A stretch of DNA of 57,269 nt, the filler included, from Globobulimina sp. (lineage: Eukaryota): the NCBI GenBank assembly GCA_003354225.1. It is 5 parts of 5 records of this genome, joined end to end, with 100 filler letters (N's around TTAATTAATTAA, not from the genome) between each part and the next. Parts side by side here need not be neighbours in the genome. Positions count along the whole stretch, not along the records: positions 12,271 to 23,901 come from PIVH01000014.1; positions 24,002 to 35,079 come from PIVH01000015.1; 3 more parts are not named here. One strand, given 5' to 3'. The notes beneath the pieces were generated by a model, which saw nothing but the letters and a program-made list of their open reading frames with translations, was not told the DNA's origin and made no database searches. The stretch's first letter is position 1, and every line of letters begins with the position of its first letter. Shown here in pieces: positions 15,049-26,547 of the stretch. Position numbers and translations under genes: made by a program.

Positions 15049-15762
15049 TATATGGATATAAAAGCTAATACTGAGGTGTTCGATAAGATCAGTACAAAAC
15101 AAAAAAAACCTTTTCGAACAGCAAAAAAAATCAGTACTTATCGGAAAGCCCTAATGTTTTTGGAAAATATTATTGATGCACAGAGTGGAAATGAATATGG
15201 TTCGCTGATCAAAACATTGGACCAAATTGAAACTATGGTCGGTACTTGTTTTGACGATATTGGTCTTCCAAACAAACAACTAATCAGTGCTATATTCTCC
15301 AATCAGTTATCATCGAAACTACCCAAATATGAGTCTTTTCGCTCAAAAGATGCTTATTTTAACAGTATTTGTAACACATATTTTCAAAATACGATATATA
15401 TTCACATTGATTTTGAAAAATGTAAAGAATCTGCTGCGTGTATTATGGCATTTTTGTGTCATTCGAATCGTGAATGGATAAATACCGGGGTTTGTCAAAT
15501 ATTATTTCCTCATTTAGAAGAGCTTTGGGTGAGTAATATCGATCTAACTTGGTTTATTTTTGAAGACTTATTGAGATATTTCAAATCCATGGATGTATCA
15601 GATACGTCGCTGGAAAAAATAGAAATTGAAAACAAGGAAAACAGTAAATTATGCATAAAACAAGGAATAAAGCAATTCTCTGCGGCTTTGCAAGATTTAA
15701 AGATGGATATTATTCCATGTGCTCAGGCTGCAAAATATTGTTGTTGCTGTTGGAGCGAATAA
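15049..15762 (+). CDS. C-terminal exon or fragment of the same family as 23015-23901
   Basis: Follows a TTTTGTAG acceptor; 'LENIID..EYGSLIKTL' and 'EWIN..ILFPHLEEL' align loosely with the post-ExE region of 23015-23755. Confidence 0.45.
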   Translation, partial: YMDIKANTEVFDKISTKQKKPFRTAKKISTYRKALMFLENIIDAQSGNEYGSLIKTLDQIETMVGTCFDDIGLPNKQLISAIFSNQLSSKLPKYESFRSKDAYFNSICNTYFQNTIYIHIDFEKCKESAACIMAFLCHSNREWINTGVCQILFPHLEELWVSNIDLTWFIFEDLLRYFKSMDVSDTSLEKIEIENKENSKLCIKQGIKQFSAALQDLKMDIIPCAQAAKYCCCCWSE

Positions 15763-16226
15763 GCGCTTGGAAGCTGAATTAAAAATATTTTATCAATGGT
15801 TTTATGTATCTGATGTAGTGTGAATGAAATTGATTTTATGTATTTTTTTTTGGTGATATCAGAAATTGATACGAAACACGGTGTTTTTTTATTTTTTGTT
15901 GCGATTTGAATTTTTTAGAAACATTGAAACCTGTGAGGAATGGGTAGGTATTGATGGCAGAGATGTATTGTTATGATTGACATTATGTTGGTTGGGATTG
16001 GTATTGTTTTGAGTATCAAAAAATGGACTTTTTTTCATAATGTTATTGGTTTAATGATGAAGTGATTATATAATTCTCGATATTGATTTTTGAAATCAAA
16101 TCTCCAAACTTACTAGTAATAGCATTTAATTTCCATTCAAAATATGATAAAAAACCGCCAGCTGTGATTCAAAAGGAAAGAAAGCTACGTAGTCGTTTTG
16201 ATTCATTACGAAGCGGAACAGTATTT

Positions 16227-18209
16227 TTAAACTAAACTGTAAGGTTTGCACATTTTTTTGAAACACTCACTGTCATCATATTTGGATAATTCATATTTGG
16301 ATAATTCATAAACGATGTCATGAAATATGTCATCATCTGGAATAAGTTTGCACAATTTACAACAAAATTCTTTTTGTCCACGAAGCGGACAATATCCATA
16401 ACTTAAATCTGCAGATTTTTGCCATTTTTTGCAAACAATGCATTTGCGATGATCTAAGCAATAATACATTGTATCAAAGTTGGTACAATCAAATGAATAA
16501 TTTCTTGCTCCAAAAGCACATTTCTTGCAACCATTCTTATAACAATCCACGCAAAATATTCGTATTTGACGGTTATAAATATACCAAAAAGTGCCTTCTG
16601 CGTTGATTGCCGCATCAACATTGTAATGATAATATTTTTGATCCGCTGTTAACTCTTTCTCCGAATAAACAGATTGCCACAATGACTCATTGCTAAACTG
16701 ATGAAATTCGTATCCATTCAATATACTCAATTCTTTATCACAGAAACCGAAATTACAACATTGCACAACATATCCAATGGCATAACTTGCAATGATTGCA
16801 CTAATATTGATATCTGCTACAATCTGCATCGAGTACAACGTATCAACAAACATAGAAACCTCTTCCTTGACAATACAATATCTGCACAATATATCTTTAG
16901 CAGTACCACAACGAACACAAAAGCTCTTCTTGCAGCCACTACACGTGGTCATTTCTTGTGATCTGCATTCTTCCCCACGTTTGCCACAAATATCACAACG
17001 GGGATGTCTACCACACAAATTTAACTTAGCTCCATAGCAAATATTATAAGGATGTCCTCCATATCCATATCCTCCATATCCTCCATTTCCAAACGGTTCA
17101 AGCAATGAACAACTATCACAGTGCTCCAATCTATCACTGGCACAGCATACACTGCAAAATATTCTGTACGTTGAATTGTACAAAAATCTGACATTTCCAT
17201 CACAGTCTGACTCTGCACACCAATCATATGATATTTTCTTCTCAAAGACATCAATTTGGCGTAGAAAATACCATTGATCATCCAATATAATTTCCCCTTG
17301 ACACTCATCAATCGCATTACAACACATTATAATGTATCCAATGGCATATTGTGCGATTATATGAGCCACTCTGTTATCAATAATGCTGCTTAATATTGAT
17401 GACAACTCATTTGTTTCTTGCAATACTAAACATTTGCGACAGTCAATTGACTCAAACGATTTCCGTTGACGCATACAGACAGAACACGTGAAACGAGTCT
17501 TGCATATTGTACATTTATAATGGTAGTCCCACCAACCTGGAGAATAAAATGCGCGCGTTCCTAATACACCACACTCGATGCATTCTGGATGCCCTCCAAC
17601 TCTACAAATATTATTTTCCGATACATCGCAATCAATGATCTGACAATCTGGGCTTGCGCATGCCTTCAGTTCATGCATTGTACACAAGGTACAGAAAATC
17701 CTTGTGTTGACACCATATATGTCTCGAGTAACAATTTTATTGTCGATATAATTATCATATAATATGATATTATCAGTAATATGAGGGTAATAAAAAGATA
17801 TTCGAAGGCCCAAATGATCCATTCTTGCGTTTAAATCCAATGAGTTACTTATATTAATTTCAGTGCGACACCAACAGCATTTAACTGTGACACCAACAGC
17901 AAAATGTGAGATAGTGCATACCACTGAGGCAGTGGGGTTTGTTTCAGATAATTGTTGTAATAGTGGTGATGAAGAAATTGCACGATATATTTTATTGTAT
18001 TCTCTTTTTTCCAGGCAATTCTTACACACATAACCATTGGGGTTAGCTACTTTAATTAATGCACAAGAAATACAACACATTTTACCGCAATCCACGCATT
18101 CAGTTTTGTGCACGGGATTCAGTATCAGGGCGTCACAGGTGTCATGTCTATCGTCCTCATAATATGAATGATACGTTGTATCAGTGTTACTAACGATCTT
18201 CTTGAACAT
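16227..18209 (-). CDS. Cys-rich protein with three ~190-aa repeats, putative Zn-binding
   Basis: Repeated 'IxxY/FAI/VGxxxxCC..C..EI/L' and 'RIFCxxC' with many CxxC pairs. Likely start is MFKK at 18209. Confidence 0.7.
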   Translation of the reverse strand: MFKKIVSNTDTTYHSYYEDDRHDTCDALILNPVHKTECVDCGKMCCISCALIKVANPNGYVCKNCLEKREYNKIYRAISSSPLLQQLSETNPTASVVCTISHFAVGVTVKCCWCRTEINISNSLDLNARMDHLGLRISFYYPHITDNIILYDNYIDNKIVTRDIYGVNTRIFCTLCTMHELKACASPDCQIIDCDVSENNICRVGGHPECIECGVLGTRAFYSPGWWDYHYKCTICKTRFTCSVCMRQRKSFESIDCRKCLVLQETNELSSILSSIIDNRVAHIIAQYAIGYIIMCCNAIDECQGEIILDDQWYFLRQIDVFEKKISYDWCAESDCDGNVRFLYNSTYRIFCSVCCASDRLEHCDSCSLLEPFGNGGYGGYGYGGHPYNICYGAKLNLCGRHPRCDICGKRGEECRSQEMTTCSGCKKSFCVRCGTAKDILCRYCIVKEEVSMFVDTLYSMQIVADINISAIIASYAIGYVVQCCNFGFCDKELSILNGYEFHQFSNESLWQSVYSEKELTADQKYYHYNVDAAINAEGTFWYIYNRQIRIFCVDCYKNGCKKCAFGARNYSFDCTNFDTMYYCLDHRKCIVCKKWQKSADLSYGYCPLRGQKEFCCKLCKLIPDDDIFHDIVYELSKYELSKYDDSECFKKMCKPYSLV

Positions 18210-18788
18210 TGTCAATAAATGCAAAGAAAGTTGTATTTTTAAGAACTGTTTTTTATGTTTAGCTATATTGTAGTAGTGGGGGCACATTCAGCCAGGGAGT
18301 AAGTCTGGCTCCATACTCACCGATTGTTGGAACATCCCGGCGAGGTTGTTTATGGTATCAAATGAGATACCATTTACGAAATGGAATGATCGGTATTTGG
18401 CATATTGAGTTGAATTATAATGTACATTAAGATAGTTGGAGTTATTGGGATGCATTCTACCAATCTCCGCTAATTTGTCTGCAACATTATTGAACGGTTG
18501 TTGCTTCGGTTTAGTGTGTGATTTTACCTTCCATAGTATGCTCTCGCTTCTCTTTATATACTTCTGTGTGTTAATAAACAGGTTCGAGTGAGCTAGTTTT
18601 TGTATTTTACGTGGAGTGGTGATCAGTGGCACGAAGTTATATAGCGAGTCGGTGAATATTATTTTCCTTCGATTATTGGTGTCAATTCCACAATATTTTA
18701 TGAAGAAGTCTGATTTATGGATGGCAAAAAGCTCACCGAAGTGATTGGTTTGCGCACCAATTGGTTGAGCGAAGCAATTGATGGTGTT

Positions 18789-19951
18789 TAACGAAGGTGG
18801 TTTTTTTTGTTTTTTTTGTAGATTGTTTAATTTAATAATTCTTGTGCTTAACCATTGCCATTGTCAGCTACAAAAAACGTTAACTATGATTATGCAAAAA
18901 CGTTAACTATGAATTAAGCGGTGATGTCTCAGAAAATTAGCTATTTGGTATTTCTTAAGAAATACAAGCAATATCACAAAGAAGCAAAGCATTCCAGAAC
19001 TGTACCAGATAAATTATGGAAGGCATTAAGAGAGAAACACAATGTAAGTGGTGGTAAATGGAATCATCTTTACAGCGCTAAGGATTATCCCCAGGAATTT
19101 CATACTGAAGCAAATAATATGATATGTCGATGGCGCTTAGCAAGTCAAGAGAGAGCAAGTCAAGCAACAAAAATGTTTCTTGGACTGTTTACAAGAAAAG
19201 CAAACAAAAAGGTTTGTATATAAAACAAAGTTAACTTGCACTGCTATTGCAATATTTATTTACCACACAGAAAAGAAAAGCAATTGAAATGGATGAGGAT
19301 GAAAATGAAGCAAAAGAGAGAAATAAACCACGTGTGCGGTTAAATGATGATGATATCATTGTGTTAAATGACGGAGTTGCAAATATTGAAAATGCAAATA
19401 TTGAGAAGGTGATAAATATGGTGATGACACAGACAATATATCTGCGTTGCATCATGAACAATTGGTGGATTTGGTGCCATCATTAAAAGCACATAAAAAG
19501 AAGAATGAAAAAGAAAAAAAAGAAAAAGAAAAAAGTCAGGAAAGTGAAAAGAAGAAGAAAAAAAAGAAAAAGAAAAAGGAAAAACAGAAAAAAAAGAGAA
19601 AAAAGAAAGAAGCAAAAGCGTCAAACTGCCCAGGAAAGCATGGATTGGATAACCAAATTGTACCTCATCTTACTGAATTTTTTTGCGATGAATGTAATGA
19701 TAGGATGTATTTGTATATGTATGGATGTAGAGATTGTGATTATGATTTATGTGAAAAATGTTATGTTGGAGGCAAAAAATGAGACTTTATTATGATTTGA
19801 TTTCAGACTTGTTTGTTTTAGGTACATCACTAGTTGTTAGTCACCAAAAAGTTAGTCAAAAAAAAACCACCTGGAAATGGTGTCATGCAATAGGTAGGGA
19901 TACACTTTCAAATATGCACATATAGCGATGATGTAATATTGACATGCTCCC
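18789..19951 (+). mobile_element. 1163-bp insertion with asymmetric inverted repeats at a TT site (Helentron/Helitron2-like non-autonomous element, tentative)
   Basis: Flanked by TT (18787-88, 19952-53); removing it plus one TT restores RNase H in frame (ILDN-NTINCFAQPIG). IR AGGTGG-T8-G at 18795-18809 pairs with C-A9-CCACCT at 19857-19872. Confidence 0.6.
18921..19782 (+). CDS. Cargo gene (spliced and/or frameshifted) with K/E-rich tract and C-terminal ZZ-like zinc finger
   Basis: Three consecutive ORFs; probable intron AAG|GTTTGT..CACAG; ends 'CPGKHGL..CDEC..YGCRDCDYDLCEKC'. Confidence 0.5.
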
Positions 19952-22900
19952 TTATTGTCTAATATGAATATTCCTATTCCTGTCGTATTTGTACAAGGAT
20001 CATGTGATGAATCCGTCGCTATAATAAGGTCATGGGGTTTTAATTTGTGTTTATCATTGTGCCATTCTGTGATATTTCTGTTTCTGTTATGATATAAGGG
20101 CATCTTGCTAGGTATTGTGGTGTGTTTATTTCTCATTCTAGTCAGATTTAATTTGTTTTCATGCACACGGTATATATTGTACAGCCATCTGTGAGTCTCC
20201 GATATTAAATTGCGATATAAGGTGTATTTGGTGATATTTATGTTTATGATACTGTGCTTATAGACAAACTCATTGGTCTCAGTGTCATACACATTTGCTC
20301 CACAGAGCACTTTCCAGAATTGCGATTTTTGGACATTGACATTACGGCACATTTCAATTAAACGTTGCATATATAATTGGTTATGGATTTTATTGACAGC
20401 AGCACCATTTTGGGCAAAGGTGAAGCTTGCATGGAACCAGTATTCCTGTCTCAACTCATTCAATATTGGACACATCACTGCCAAGTGTAATTCCAGTGGT
20501 TTATTGATGTTATTATGGCAGAGATTGCAGTATGCTGTATGTTGATTAAAGTTATAAAATAAGGCTCGATATTGTTTAATCATTGGTGCTGTTACATAGT
20601 CAGCTAATTCCTCCATTTCATATATATTCATTGGTCGATAGTCGCTGGTAACATGGTTTAATACCTTTAATGGATGATATTTATTGAGTCTATCGAGGAT
20701 CCGTTGGTGCTGTGTTGTTATTATGATCGGTCTTAATTCATGTGGTCGGTCAACGATATCGAAAGGATCGGACATTTGGACTGTATTTTGTTTTATTTGA
20801 CTGGTTACTGGCAGCCAATCTCTTTTCAGTGCTGCATACTGTTTGTACAATTTGTGATGGTTAATATGGGACAACTGGGCCCATTTATGCATCAAGGATA
20901 CATTGGGAATATGTAACAACTTCCAATAAAACACCAATTTTAAAGTGACCCATCGTTCAAACGGCGTTGGGATACCAGCCCAAAGATATAGTTGTTCAGG
21001 GACAAAATCTGATATTCTGGTTTGTATACGAATCGCATTGAGTTGTTTCTGGTTTGCCTCTTCTAAGTTTATTTGGTCACTGTCCAGTACTTGGGCAAAA
21101 ATCTCTGTGTAAACCAAATAGAATGTTTTAAGGATACGGATTTTGTCATCGAGGGAGACAAAATCATGATTGAAATCCAACGTGGCCAAAATACGCGCTT
21201 TGTTGTCAAGTTTTTTTAGAAAGTGTTTGTTAGTGTGTACAGTGGAGACCAAATTGGCGTCATCATAGCTGCATAGCATGGCACCGAGGTAGCGCATAAA
21301 CGTCGAGCAGTGTAGCTTTGCTCCGTTTAGTCGTAACTTTAGATGCATAACCGATGGGCTATAGTCACGGTCATAGCGTATGTTATGCCACATTATTGGA
21401 AACGGCTTGTTTGTAATATCACCATAGAAGTTCACATGGTCCACAAACAGCTTTAGATGATATGTCGGGATCTCCTCTGTGTTATATGCGTTAATTTGAT
21501 TATCAATATTTATGGCCATTATTTGATTATTTATCGGTTTTTGTATTAGTATCATCGGAGCCGGCTTGTTATGGTGATCAGCATCAGATTGATGATATTC
21601 ATTGTTTATTAGGATGATGTCATTTATGTTATATGTATCAATATTATTTTTATTAATTGTAGCATCATTATATATCATTGTTTTACACTTTTTATGATTG
21701 AATTTGTAATTCCATCGTTCACTGTGAGCTTCACATATTTTTATCGATTTATGTAAATGCGAGATTTTATTTGCAGTCAGTATTATATCATCAGCGTAAA
21801 AAATGCACGCTATTTTTTCATCGGTGTCTGGAGAGTACGCACCATTGCCAGACGCTTGTAACTCAAAAATCATATCATTGAGGAACGCTGCATATAGCAC
21901 AGGGGACAGGACCGAGCCTTGTAAGACACCGTTATGCAGCATAAATTTATTAGATATAAACGGTATGTCCCGTATCGCAGCGTGTGAGTCATTGTAAATT
22001 GCTTTGATTATTTTACAAAGATGCACAGGAATATCGAAGTCATTGTGCAGTTTATAGATCAGCCCCTTCCGCCAGACAGTATCAAATGCTTTTCGTATAT
22101 CTAAGAGGGCGCAGTACAATGGAATGTTTCGCATCTTTGCTGTTTCAGCTATCAAGTTTAGTGCACCTATTTGTTCTGGTACCCCTCTTCTAGAGCGGTT
22201 GCCACCTTGTAAGATGTGCAGATTTGCTCTGAATTTGTGCTGTATGCACATTTCCCACAGTACCAACCTTTCATACGCTTTAAATATTATAGGTAGCAAC
22301 GTTATGGGTCGATACTGGTTTGGTGTGCAGCCGTTTGGTGTTTTTAATATCGGGATAATTGAACCCAAACGAAAGTAGAATGTGATACAAAAAGTGTTAT
22401 TCCAGACATTATAGAGTGTGCACAATATGTTATTTATCATTGGCTGGTTTGTTTTAAGGTGGACAGTTTTTATGCCATCGTATCCCGGCGCACTATTAGG
22501 ATTTGCCTGTTTTATTGCAAGTTCAATAGATTTAAATTTACTAATCTCAGGTTTAGGTATATCTTCACACCGCTTTTTCTCCTCACTTTCTTGTGCCGTG
22601 CTGCGATCTGGGAAGTATCCAGGGGTTTGTTGTTGGATCGCCATTATTACGTCATCGTCGCTATTGGTGTCACTATCCATGTCATTTTCGAGATTATACA
22701 GTTGGTCCAATATAGGCTGCGTCGGGGGAAGGTAATTGGGGTCAAAATGGGGAGTTAGAGTGTCATCAACCTCCTCTTCATCAAGAAACAGCATGTTATC
22801 GTTAGGTATTATGGGCGTTGGCTGTCTTGGCTTTGTGGCGTTGTCGTTGTGTTTTTGTATATTAGAGGTTTGTAGGTTTTACCAACATTTTAACTACAGA

Positions 22901-23014
22901 TCAGCAGTAATGAAAGAAAAATAATCGGATTTTGTCGGACCTATAAACATTGAAGCCTCGGAACATAAAAAAATCTGAAACCTAAAACCTCTGCGATAAT
23001 ACTTCATAGATATT

Positions 23015-23901
23015 TTACGTAAACAACAAAAATCGTTCTTTTATTATAAAAATATCACAACTTCCATATTGTGCATGATTCGCTTTTCCAATTTGTAATT
23101 TATATCCACATTTTAAAAATTTATCATTATATTTCTTTATTAATAATCTTAATGATGATAAACTATTATTCGATGCTGAAGCAATATAAATACGTTTCAA
23201 TGGCCAATATGATAATACCTTATAAATATCCAATAAAATTTCATCTGTGATCATTATTGATGGGCAATACCTATGATCATTATTTTTTGATGAATATTTA
23301 ATACACAAAATTGCTATTTCACTTATTTGAGGAACCAATTTATGGAAAACCTTGAAACGAATCCAATTATTTGAATGCATAAATAATGAGAATAACTTAA
23401 TATATCCATATTGGGGACCAAAAAAATTGGATGTATAAACTAACTCTTTTTTAAATAATCCAACATTAACAAATATGCGACCAAATGATTTTAAAATATG
23501 ATTAAAAATATGTATAATATATGGTGGAAGCGAGGATGTATTGGTTTCAATTGATTTGGATGATGATAATTTATAATTTATTAACTTTAATAATAAACTA
23601 TAATATGGATCACATAAATTATCAGCAGATACGTGACCACATAAACAAGTTTGTAATACTTTTATGGCTATAATATATTTGTCATAAATTATATTCGATA
23701 CTAAATCAATTAAACCAATTATTTCTAATGTCTGAAATCCAGAAATAAAAAGCATTTCTGCCTCACCTGGGAAATCTGAAAATGATCTGCAATCAAAATA
23801 ATTAATTGCATATTTATCATTTTTAATTGTTAATACAATCCCAATCCCATTCGTTGCATAATGTACAGCAATGCCTAAAGAAAGAGTGGTTGATGTCGGT
23901 G
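23015..23901 (-). CDS. ART-like (S-T-T and ExE motif) protein, 5' truncated by contig end
   Basis: Frame open upstream of 23755: 'PTSTTLSLGIAVHYA.NGIGIVLTI..YFDCRSFSDFPGEAEMLF'. Confidence 0.55.
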
Positions 23902-24001
23902 NNNNNNNNNNNNNNNNNNNNNNNNNNNNNNNNNNNNNNNNNNNNTTAATTAATTAANNNNNNNNNNNNNNNNNNNNNNNNNNNNNNNNNNNNNNNNNNN
24001 N
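23902..24001. other. Artificial contig linker
   Basis: N44-TTAATTAATTAA-N44. Confidence 0.97.
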
Positions 24002-25371
24002 TTTTGTGCCTCTGCTATTTCAGTCCTTAGTGTTTCTTCATCATTTTGTTTCGAAGTATTAACCACAACTTGCAATGGATTGCCATTGATATCAATTATT
24101 TCATTCTTGAAATGTTTTTCCGATGAGCCTTTGCGACGTAATAATGGACAACAAATATACATAAATGAATTTGGAGCAATAGCACAACAGCAATCTGATT
24201 GTTTGTATGTCGACATTATCAAAACCAAATCAACGGTGAAATCAAATCCAAAATGGCCAAGGTGACTAAATACAGTCGGCCACGGTGATACATTCAGCGG
24301 CAAAGTTGCAGTGAAATTTGTGTTTAATAAATGAATAATTAAATGATAGACTGTGTAAATACACGATGCACACAAAAATATGATAGCTATGATCATTGAC
24401 CGTTGCACTCTTTGCAACTTTTTCAGAGATATTGCATCAGATTGCTCACTGGATATTGCTTTGTTTATTTGTTCCACGCGTTGTATTGTCATAATATTTT
24501 CCGTATTCGTTAGCATCTTTATAACCGGCATGGAAGCTTTCCGCTCAATCTTCATATTCTTGTTATTCTCAATCTGATCATATACAAATTGTGAATCTTT
24601 GCGTTGGATCTCCTGTTTTATTCGTTTTCTGATATTGATTGATAATTGCTTTGATATCATTTGTTCTTCAAATGTTTTATCGTTTAAATGGTTTATGTGC
24701 GACAATGAGTTTTTGCCCAATTTGATGATCTTATTCAATCCAACAAAAAGAGACGTAATGGGAATGAAAACACCAACGCATACAGCAATAAATAAAATAT
24801 CTAAGAATAGATAATAATATGTGATGAAAATAGCATCGTTGAACATATATGCAAAACAATAACAGAATATGATCACAACCTATATCAGAAACAGATAACT
24901 TGTTTAAAATTATAACATAAAATTAGTGAAACAATTAACTGTATGAAGAAATAAAACGAATTTGGTCATTGTAGCAAACCATTTGGGAGCAGAATCCGGT
25001 TTTTCTGCTCGCGATTTGTATGCGGCATCAATACTTCGGTACGCTACGTTTAACAGAATGATGGAATTACAAATTATTATCCATGCAGTAAACAGTCGTA
25101 CTGTGGTTATGAGTTTTACATCATGTGGTCGATGATAATGACTGTGTTGTTCAAATGTAAGTAATATGGGTTAATATATGGTACATGGATACCTTATTAA
25201 TATGCATGAAAGAATCCAAACATTCATACAATAGATTGATCCTAAGCACCTATAAAATATTCTTGGACGATCAGAGATTGCAGAAATGCAAACTTGTTGC
25301 ATTGAGAATAAAAATAATATTCCCAATACAATGCAACCACCAATTGGATACTTCATCGGAATGAGTGACAT
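24002..25371 (-). CDS. Multi-pass (possibly 7TM/GPCR-like) membrane protein, multi-exon, 3' truncated
   Basis: Hydrophobic helices in 25171-25371, about 24950-25140 and 24002-24876; long loop before the last two helices and a CCC cluster after the last; intron AG|GTATCC..CACAG. Confidence 0.5.
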
Positions 25372-25488
25372 TATTCAGACAGAAAGATTGTAAAAACTGT
25401 AATTTTTGCAAAAAAAAACACAAAGCACTCCGTTGTATCTCCGCTCGAAATCCTAACAGAAAAATCAGTGATATTTCTATTTTGAATA

Positions 25489-26419
25489 ATGGACAGGTTC
25501 TTAATTAAAAACGGTGCAGAACAATCATGTAAAAAGAGGAAAAGATCAGAAGCATTTGAAGAACACAAAGATAATGAGTCAGAAAAAGTGAGTGTATCAA
25601 ATAAAAAAAGACGTGTTAATTATGCAGAATCAAGTGATGAATATTCGCTCACCGGCAGTGAAGAAGAGAGTGATTTTGATTTTGAAAATACCAACAATAG
25701 TAATCGCAGAGAAGATGCTGAGATTAAAATGTTAAGAAAACAGTTGCAAGCAATGACGGAGAAATGTACTAAATTAAAAAGTGAAAACAAAAAATTAAAG
25801 AAACAAATAACATCAACACCAGCAAAATCAAGCAAAAATAAAGGTATGTCAATCTACAATTTGTTGCTTATTTTTTCACCGAATATAATATCCAGGAAAA
25901 ACGGGAAAAGAAATTGCAAAAATGAAGAAAAAATATTTAAAAAAATGGGCAACTCGCTTACCAAAAATTGCAGGAATGAAAAAAACAAAATTTGTTGGAT
26001 GTTCAAAAGAAATTATAGTCGAAGAGGCTGGTTTTGATCGAGAAGATTTTGATGCATTATTTGGTGATAAAGGTGTTTTAATTCAACCGCGTCCTGACAA
26101 TAAACCAACGTCGACAGTGATAATTCGACGATTTTCCTCTTGGAGTTCAATTGAAGAAATGTTTAAAGATTATGGTTTGACTGAAAATATTACAGTTTCT
26201 ATGTATGTACAGCCTGCATTTCTGTTGTAGTGAGTGTGTATGTTGTATGTAATATGTATTGCTTTTATTAAAAGATGGAGAAATAGAAACTTTTCAAAAT
26301 CATGTTATTATGGAAATGGTGAGGCATCAATTGATTCATTGGATGTTTGTTACAATAAATCAAGAAAAGCGTTACAATTAAAATTTCAATGCGAAAGAGA
26401 TTATGGTGGTTGGTTTTGA
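25489..26419 (+). CDS. Hypothetical coiled-coil protein, about 3 exons
   Basis: Three consecutive ORFs with a GTATGT donor near 25843 and a CCAG acceptor near 25894; basic NLS-like KRKR. Confidence 0.55.
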
Positions 26420-26547
26420 TACAAAAATTAATAAAATTGCAATAAAATTATTAAATTAATAATTGAAGCTGTTATTTAATATATTTTTCTTGACCACATT
26501 CAAGCTGTACTTAGTTAAAGTTTTTTGCTACAAAAATCTCAACAACC

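Larger units (their letters stand above)
18288..22860 (-). mobile_element. 5'-truncated non-LTR retrotransposon (RT, zf-RVT-like finger, RNase H) interrupted by an insertion
   Basis: 'SAPGYDGI', 'YRPITLL', 'LDIRKAFDTV', 'GVLQGSVLSP', 'YADD', 'RYLG', CxxC..H..C. RNase H 'TDSS..GIGI' continues at 18288-18788 ('NHFGELFAI', 'FTDS', 'KVKSH', 'NNVADKLA'). No endonuclease domain seen. Confidence 0.9.

Noticed and set aside
18210-18287. Cys-rich ORF as a retrotransposon ORF starting right after the RNase H stop
   Set aside because: The first 26 codons look like an A-rich element 3' end; a host gene starting at 18209 is simpler, though no TSD was found to fix the boundary.
18788-19954. TTA target duplication suggesting PIF/Harbinger
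   Set aside because: Excision with a TTA duplication leaves RNase H out of frame and the termini are not inverted repeats.
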